From positions 1 to 7,422 of the forward strand of contig JBAWVI010000047.1 of assembly GCA_037147375.1 (NCBI GenBank): a stretch of 7,422 nucleotides of DNA, read 5' to 3'. Numbering within the stretch: the stretch's first letter is position 1; the number at the start of each line of letters is the position of its first letter. The notes under the pieces were generated by a model. That model saw only the letters and a list, made by a program, of their open reading frames with translations, was not told the DNA's origin and did not search any database. A program made the translations under genes and the position numbers. This stretch comes from an archaeon. Its GTDB lineage: Archaea; Iainarchaeota; Iainarchaeia; Iainarchaeales; CSSED10-239. This document shows positions 1-3,775 of the stretch, in pieces.

Positions 1-134
1 AAAAACCTAAAAGATAATATATAAAAAGAAATCGACATATTAAATATATAATAATATCGTCTTTTTATAGATTAAATATTATATTAATGAGATGTAAATC
101 AATATAAATGGAAAACAAAAAAGTATGATTAAAT

Positions 135-548
135 ATGGAAGAAACTAAAATAGAACCAAAAACAGATAAGTTCGATAAAAAAGAACTTTATGATAAAATA
201 ACTGAACTTACAAAGAAAGGTGAACCAAAAGCAAAGATTGGTCTCGCACTTAAGAAAATGAAAATACACTCAGTTAAAAGAGTTACAGGAAAAAGATTAT
301 CTAAAGTACAAGCTGAATTAAAGCTAACTTCAAAAGATCAAATACCTGATGACTTAATGGCACTTATCAAAAAAGCTGTAAAGCTTATTAAACATAAGGA
401 AGCAAACAAGAAGGACATGACCTCAAAGAGAGGATATCAATTAACTATTTCTAAAATAAATAGATTAAGAAATTATTATATAAAACAAGGTAAACTACCG
501 CAAGGTTGGATATATTCTGATGATAGCGCTAAGTTACTTGTAAAGTAA
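135..548 (+). CDS. rps15: 30S ribosomal protein uS15 (archaeal S15P / eukaryotic S13 type)
   Basis: 137-aa ORF with an ATG start and TAA stop. The C-terminal two-thirds (IPDDLMALIKKAVKLIKHKEANKKDMTSKRGYQLTISKINRLRNYYIKQGKLPQGWIYSDDSAKLLVK) follows the conserved archaeal S15P pattern PEDL..LI.KAV.LRKH.....KD..SKRG.QL.ESKI.RL..YY...GKLP..W.Y....AKLLV. It lies immediately upstream of rps3ae, a common archaeal arrangement. An in-frame stop at 126..128 rules out an N-terminal extension. Confidence 0.9.
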   Translation: MEETKIEPKTDKFDKKELYDKITELTKKGEPKAKIGLALKKMKIHSVKRVTGKRLSKVQAELKLTSKDQIPDDLMALIKKAVKLIKHKEANKKDMTSKRGYQLTISKINRLRNYYIKQGKLPQGWIYSDDSAKLLVK

Positions 549-562
549 AGGGTTGATAATAA

Positions 563-1135
563 ATGGTTGAAAAAAAAAGAACTGTTGATAATTGGAAAAA
601 GAAAAAATGGTATGTTATTACTGCAGACCCTATCTTTGATGGTAAGGAAATTGCAAAAACAATTGCTATTGAAAACAAAAGCTTAACTGGAAGAACAATT
701 AAGAAAACACTTGATTCTTTAACAGGAAACATTAGAGACTCAGCTTATGTTATTACTTTTAAGGTTGATAAAGTAACTGGTGGAAAAGCAGAAACAAGCA
801 TATCAGACATGGAAACTAAACCTGGTCACTTAAAAAGAATGATTAGAAGAATGAAATCTAAGATTGAAGACATAATTTATGTTACAACTAAAGATGGTCA
901 TAAGATTAAGCTTAAACTTCTTTTCATAACCGGTGCTAAGTATAGTACTCAAACAAGAACAGAAGCTAGAAACATAATGAAGACTATATTTTTAGAAGAG
1001 CTTAAGGAAAAAGTACTAAAAGAAGCTTGGAGTGAGATTATCTTCCAAAAAATATCAGAGAAAGCAAAGAAAAAACTTGCAAAACTTGGATTTATTAATA
1101 AGATAATTATTTCCAAAGCTAAATTGATTGAGTGA
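563..1135 (+). CDS. rps3ae: 30S ribosomal protein eS1 (S3Ae)
   Basis: 190-aa ORF with an ATG start and TGA stop. The N-terminal VDNWKKKKWYVITADPIF motif and the central TTKDGHKIKLKLLFIT...TQTRTEARNIMK region match the hallmark archaeal S3Ae pattern (VDKWK.KKWY.I.AP..F ... TTKDGY.LR.K ... A.....IRKIM). It starts 14 nt after rps15, so the two are probably co-transcribed. Confidence 0.9.
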   Translation: MVEKKRTVDNWKKKKWYVITADPIFDGKEIAKTIAIENKSLTGRTIKKTLDSLTGNIRDSAYVITFKVDKVTGGKAETSISDMETKPGHLKRMIRRMKSKIEDIIYVTTKDGHKIKLKLLFITGAKYSTQTRTEARNIMKTIFLEELKEKVLKEAWSEIIFQKISEKAKKKLAKLGFINKIIISKAKLIE

Positions 1136-1156
1136 TGGTGCAGACCCTGATAAAAA

Positions 1157-1873
1157 ATGATCTCAACAATTTTACTTTATTTTCTTATTTTTATATTTTT
1201 AGGTCTATTACTTAACTTTATAGGCAAGTATGATCTTATTACAATTTCTGTGGTGTATGTTGTAGCTAGCCTATTTATGTATTTTATAGATATATATGCA
1301 GTTATATACTTAATATTGTTCTTTGGAATCTCTGAAAGCGTAACTTCTTTGTTTAATAAGAAGCACGGTCAAAGAACTTATAAAAATCTACTTGGAAACT
1401 GCCTTGCAAGCATCATATTCTTAGTGGCTGGAGGAATAACAGAGTATTTTTCACCAGGTTCATTCATTTATTTTGGGGTAGGGGCCTTAGCTGGAATCTC
1501 TGCTGCCTTTTCAGATACTCTTTCTTCAGAGATTGGTAGACTTTCAAACAAGAAGCCAATAATGATTAATAATTTTAAGGAAGTTGAGAAGGGAATTGAT
1601 GGAGCTATTACTTTTCTTGGAATAGCAGCTGCAACCTTAGCTTCTTTAATTACAGCTATGTTCTTTTGGTTTGTAAACAGCACAATAGGAACAAGCACAG
1701 TTTATACAACTAAGATAATAATTGTAGTTGCAATTTGTGGATTACTTGGTTCTATAATAGATAGTTATATTGGAGCTTATTTTGAGACTAAAGGATATAT
1801 TAATAATGCTCAAACAAACTTTCTTGCAACATTTATAACTGGTTTAATTGCATTAGTAATAATGACAATTTAA
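1157..1873 (+). CDS. DUF92 / TMEM19-family polytopic membrane protein (same family as plant VTE6 phytyl-phosphate kinase)
   Basis: 238-aa ORF that is hydrophobic throughout (about 6-7 predicted TM segments). It contains the DUF92 signature block AFSDTLSSEIGRLSNKKPIMINNFKEVEKGIDGAITFLGIAAATLASL (family pattern ..ADTWASEIG.LS...P.LIT.FK.V..GTNGG.SLLG..AS..G) and the later GLLGSIIDSYIGA block (family G..GSL.DS.LGA). D120 is encoded at 1514..1516. Confidence 0.7.
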   Translation: MISTILLYFLIFIFLGLLLNFIGKYDLITISVVYVVASLFMYFIDIYAVIYLILFFGISESVTSLFNKKHGQRTYKNLLGNCLASIIFLVAGGITEYFSPGSFIYFGVGALAGISAAFSDTLSSEIGRLSNKKPIMINNFKEVEKGIDGAITFLGIAAATLASLITAMFFWFVNSTIGTSTVYTTKIIIVVAICGLLGSIIDSYIGAYFETKGYINNAQTNFLATFITGLIALVIMTI

Positions 1874-1879
1874 CACATC

Positions 1880-1886
1880 TTTTTTT
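1880..1886 (+). terminator. oligo-T tract (T7), candidate archaeal transcription termination signal after the rps15-rps3ae-DUF92 unit
   Basis: A run of 7 T begins 7 nt after the TAA stop at 1871..1873. Archaeal RNA polymerase is known to terminate at oligo-T stretches. The evidence is weak because the background is AT-rich. Confidence 0.35.
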
Positions 1887-1890
1887 ATAA
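1882..1890 (+). promoter_or_regulatory. TATA-like box (TTTTTATAA) for the archaeosortase-like gene
   Basis: The element is centred about 30 nt upstream of the ATG at 1916. That predicts a leaderless transcript or a very short leader. Confidence 0.35.
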
Positions 1891-1915
1891 TGTATAGCAT
1901 ATTAATCATATAATT

Positions 1916-2344
1916 ATGAAAACAAAACTTGAAAAAATTAAGTTTATTATTTGGTTTGTAGTTATCTATTCTATTCTTCTCTTGGTTGGACTAGAGTTAT
2001 TTGGTAATGCGCTTATTAAGCTAGATACTTGGATTATTAAACAAGTACTTGGTAACATAATTAACTATAATTCATTCATCTTTGTTCCTGAATGTAGTGG
2101 GGTTGTTGCAATTTCTGCATACCTTGCAATTATTCTTGGGCTTATTATTGTTAAGTATAAGATAGATTGGAAATGGATTATTGGTTCTGTGGTTCTTCTT
2201 GGGGTTTGGAATATAATTAGAATAATTATTGTGGTTATCGCTGAGAAAGTAAGCTTTTCTCTAGCGCAAGTTCTTCATGTTACGTTATGGTTTATAACAG
2301 GGATAATTATTGTTTTACTTGCAATCAAAAGCTTGAAGAAATAA
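1916..2344 (+). CDS. minimal exosortase/archaeosortase-family integral membrane protein (putative transpeptidase core only)
   Basis: 142-aa ORF with about 4 TM segments. A PECSG motif has its Cys at residue 60 (codon 2093..2095). An N-x-x-R motif (WNIIRI) places Arg102 at 2219..2221, 42 residues after the Cys. A His (H121, 2276..2278) lies in the next TM segment. The Cys-in-TM followed by NxxR about 40 residues later is the hallmark of the exosortase/archaeosortase core. Confidence 0.6.
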   Translation: MKTKLEKIKFIIWFVVIYSILLLVGLELFGNALIKLDTWIIKQVLGNIINYNSFIFVPECSGVVAISAYLAIILGLIIVKYKIDWKWIIGSVVLLGVWNIIRIIIVVIAEKVSFSLAQVLHVTLWFITGIIIVLLAIKSLKK

Positions 2345-2353
2345 CAATTAAAT

Positions 2354-3187
2354 TCATTCCTTCTTTTCTTTCAATACTTTTTGAATTTCTAAATTATTTT
2401 TGGTTGAAATAACTTTCTTATTTATTTTCTTCTCTAGATATATTCTTGCTTTTTTTGCAACTCCACCACCAATCTTTCCAGCAACCTTATTTTCAGGTAA
2501 ACCAATTGCTTTTGTGCTTTCTGCAACCTCTCTTGTTGAAAATTCTGCAAGAGCAGTAAAAACAAGCTCAGCATCTGTCATGTGATCTCTTAAATTTTGT
2601 TTTTTTAATCCTTTTAATTTCTTATGTTCCTTTACATTCAGTCCAGTCCATTCTTTATGAATTATGTTTGTTAATACTGCAAATTCATCTCCTTCTTTAA
2701 TTTCATGATTTTTCCAATAATCAGTTAATTTATTTCTAATCTCTTGCCCCATCATTCGTTGTTGAATCCATTTTTCGCTATATCCATGTAAAAACCAGTT
2801 TTTTCTTCCTCTATCAATAGATAATGATGGGTCTTGAATTTCCTGAATTCTCTCATAACCAACTCTTGCAAGCCAAAGTTTGAAAGGTTCTGCTTTCTTT
2901 GATGGAATTGATTGAATTATTCTAAACATTCCTTCTGTATTTGCACAATCAGTTTCATAGAATTTACTATCTGAAGATATTAATTTCAGTTGTACCCAAA
3001 TTGGGTACAACTCAATATCTTGAAAATCCTTATCTTTTACCTTTTGCCAATATGTTCTTGGAAAAGGACTATCTGTTAATATTCCAACTACATCAACAAC
3101 TGAATAATACCATTCATCGTTATGAAATATCCTCCTTATCTTCTTATTTTCAAACACAACTAATCCTTTATTTTCATTATCATCCAT
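2354..3187 (-). CDS. Bro-N domain protein with DinD-like C-terminal region (virus/prophage-associated putative DNA-binding protein)
   Basis: The N-terminal part (VVFENKKIRRIFHNDEWYYSVVDVVGILTDS...RTYWQKVK...QLKLISSDSKFYETDCANTEGMFRIIQSIPSKKAEPFKLWLARVGYERIQE) matches the Bro-N fold pattern. The C-terminal part (KKLKGLKKQNLRDHMTDAELVFTALAEFSTRE...GGGVAKKARIYLEKK) parallels E. coli DinD (RKGLKKNQKILDHMGSTELAANLFRATQTEE...VGRKVRQTIQEL). The ORF track starts at 3253, but that codon is TTG and the 22 extra residues cross an atypical GC-rich island. The first ATG (3187..3185, MDDNENKG...) sits about 25 nt downstream of a TATA box, so I call 3187 as the start. The stop is TGA at 2354..2356. Confidence 0.8.
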   Translation of the reverse strand: MDDNENKGLVVFENKKIRRIFHNDEWYYSVVDVVGILTDSPFPRTYWQKVKDKDFQDIELYPIWVQLKLISSDSKFYETDCANTEGMFRIIQSIPSKKAEPFKLWLARVGYERIQEIQDPSLSIDRGRKNWFLHGYSEKWIQQRMMGQEIRNKLTDYWKNHEIKEGDEFAVLTNIIHKEWTGLNVKEHKKLKGLKKQNLRDHMTDAELVFTALAEFSTREVAESTKAIGLPENKVAGKIGGGVAKKARIYLEKKINKKVISTKNNLEIQKVLKEKKE

Positions 3188-3195
3188 ACGAAAGT

Positions 3196-3223
3196 CACCA
3201 CATATATTATATAAATTGTGGTG
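3196..3223. promoter_or_regulatory. perfect 7-bp inverted repeat (CACCACA / TGTGGTG) bracketing a 14-nt AT-only spacer that contains a TATA box; candidate operator plus promoter of the Bro-N gene
   Basis: CACCACA at 3196..3202 and TGTGGTG at 3217..3223 are exact reverse complements. On the minus strand the spacer reads ATTTATATAATATA. Its TTTATATA (plus coordinates 3208..3215) is centred about 25 nt upstream of the ATG at 3187. Confidence 0.45.
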
Positions 3224-3234
3224 TATATTCTTTT

Positions 3235-3271
3235 CGGGGGGGTAGCTGGCCAAGCATCATCGTGCTTAAGA
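3235..3271 (+). other. isolated GC-rich island with a G7 run, a 5-bp hairpin and partial resemblance to a tRNA 5' end (not a complete tRNA)
   Basis: The sequence CGGGGGGGTAGCTGGCCAAGCATCATCGTGCTTAAGA is about two-thirds G+C over its first 31 nt by my count, against a ~30% background. GGGGGGGTAGCT resembles a tRNA acceptor 5' strand followed by the start of a D arm. AAGCA (3252..3256) and TGCTT (3263..3267) form a 5-bp hairpin. CTTAAGA (3265..3271) equals a canonical UAA anticodon loop. No matching anticodon-stem 3' strand, T arm or acceptor 3' strand follows. Confidence 0.3.
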
Positions 3272-3438
3272 AAAATAACTTATGATGGGATGAATTTAAA
3301 AGAAATATAAATTAAAAAATATATATAAATAAATGGGTTATATAATTTTGATAGTTTTAATTAAACCAAATATATATAAATCCATCTTTCTTATACTTAA
3401 ATATATAAAACTCAATGATTAAAATTAAAGGTGAAAAT

Positions 3439-3705
3439 ATGCAAGAAAAGAAAGTTATGATTAGACTTGTTTTGCTTACTATTATTAGTTTTGCAATCGG
3501 ACTTGGTGTTGGTTGGTTAATGTTTAATGGATTTGAAAAAACAGGCCAAGGTTATATTGGATATGGAGATGACTTTTTATGGCAGGGTTGTGATAATTCA
3601 TGTACAAGTAAGTGTAATGCAAGCTTTATTCCATTCACAAGCGTAAGAGCATGTTGGATGAATTGTATGAACACTTGTTATTTCGGTACCCTTGGGCAAG
3701 ATTAA
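3439..3705 (+). CDS. small (88 aa) N-terminally anchored or secreted cysteine-rich protein with a twin C-X3-C-X3-C motif, unknown function
   Basis: The ORF is open from 3415. I prefer the ATG at 3439 because a GGTGA Shine-Dalgarno-like element (3430..3434) sits 4 nt upstream of it, but 3415 remains possible. The N-terminus has a basic n-region (KK, R) followed by a hydrophobic stretch (LVLLTIISFAIGLGVGWLMF), giving a signal peptide or signal anchor. The C-terminal domain carries six Cys arranged CDNSCTSKC-x12-CWMNCMNTC (codons 3589..3678) and one N-A-S sequon. The stop is TAA. Confidence 0.55.
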   Translation: MQEKKVMIRLVLLTIISFAIGLGVGWLMFNGFEKTGQGYIGYGDDFLWQGCDNSCTSKCNASFIPFTSVRACWMNCMNTCYFGTLGQD

Positions 3706-3748
3706 AAAATAATTTAATTATTTTTTCTTCATTTAAAAAAATAGAATT

Positions 3749-3775
3749 AAGGAAAGAGATCTAATCTCTTACCTT
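3749..3775. terminator. bidirectional hairpin between the convergent Cys-rich gene and secD
   Basis: AAGGAAAGAGAT (3749..3760), loop CTA, and ATCTCTTACCTT (3764..3775) pair at 11 of 12 positions. The single mismatch is 3753/3771. The hairpin is followed by T-rich sequence on both strands (TATTTT on plus, TTCTATTTTTTT on minus). Its right arm overlaps the secD stop codon (3774..3776) by 2 nt. Confidence 0.5.

Noticed and set aside
1-37. Open minus-strand frame from ATG at 37..35 to the left window edge (MSISFYILSFRF...)
   Set aside because: Only 12 codons are visible, so it cannot be told apart from chance. It is noted only as a possible start of a leftward gene.
570-578. A9 homopolymer at the 5' end of rps3ae as a possible frameshift or slippage site
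   Set aside because: It encodes the expected Lys/Arg-rich N-terminus (E-K-K-R) in frame. The downstream protein is intact and homologous throughout, and such tracts are routine in AT-rich genomes.
529-732. 67-aa minus-strand ORF overlapping the rps15/rps3ae junction
   Set aside because: It is antisense to two confidently identified ribosomal protein genes. The sequence is low-complexity and hydrophobic (FFFFQ), typical of a shadow ORF in AT-rich DNA.
622-1148. 10-mer TGCAGACCCT at 622..631 and 1139..1148, flanking most of rps3ae
   Set aside because: A single 10-nt match in a 7.4-kb window is expected by chance. One copy is coding (ITADP), the other intergenic, and there are no further repeat features.
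1468-1698. 76-aa minus-strand ORF inside the DUF92 gene
   Set aside because: It is a shadow ORF antisense to a gene with clear family motifs, and it has no recognisable motif of its own.
2400-2585. 61-aa plus-strand ORF (TTG start) inside the Bro-N gene
   Set aside because: It is antisense to the well-supported Bro-N/DinD-like CDS, uses a non-ATG start and has no motif.
3188-3253. 22-residue N-terminal extension of the Bro-N ORF (MASYPPEKNIHHNLYNICGDFR) as given in the ORF track
   Set aside because: The start codon at 3253..3251 is TTG, not ATG. The extension crosses the palindrome/TATA element and the GC-rich island, with GCC AGC TAC CCC CCC codons that are atypical for this genome. Bro-N homology begins only after the internal ATG at 3187.
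2941-3285. 114-aa plus-strand ORF (TTG start) overlapping the Bro-N gene 5' region and the GC island
   Set aside because: It is antisense to the Bro-N domain coding region, uses a non-ATG start, and its composition (many Y, I, L, H, Q) is typical of a reversed AT-rich frame.
3236-3310. Complete tRNA gene (either strand) at the GC-rich island
   Set aside because: Manual folding fails. The only D arm possible has a 3-bp stem with a 5-nt loop, and 4 nt instead of 1 lie between it and the putative anticodon stem. There is no 3' anticodon-stem strand (CACGA), no GTTC-type T arm and no CCCCCCC acceptor partner within 150 nt. I kept it only as a tRNA-like fragment in the findings.
3281-3360. C/D box sRNA suggested by TATGATGG (C-box-like) on plus and CGATGATGC on minus
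   Set aside because: Both boxes deviate from RUGAUGA, and no CUGA D or D' box occurs at the required spacing on either strand.
3317-3381. Identical 14-mer AAATATATATAAAT at 3317..3330, 3368..3381 and again at 6657..6670
   Set aside because: It is a low-complexity (TA)n-like sequence in nearly pure A+T intergenic DNA. A rough estimate suggests chance recurrence is plausible, and the flanks share no similarity. The copies are most likely generic TATA-like sequence rather than a specific repeat.
3333-3422. 29-aa ORF MGYIILIVLIKPNIYKSIFLILKYIKLND in the divergent intergenic region
   Set aside because: It is very short and made of codons expected from random AT-rich sequence. It overlaps the likely promoter of the Cys-rich gene and has no ribosome-binding signal or motif.
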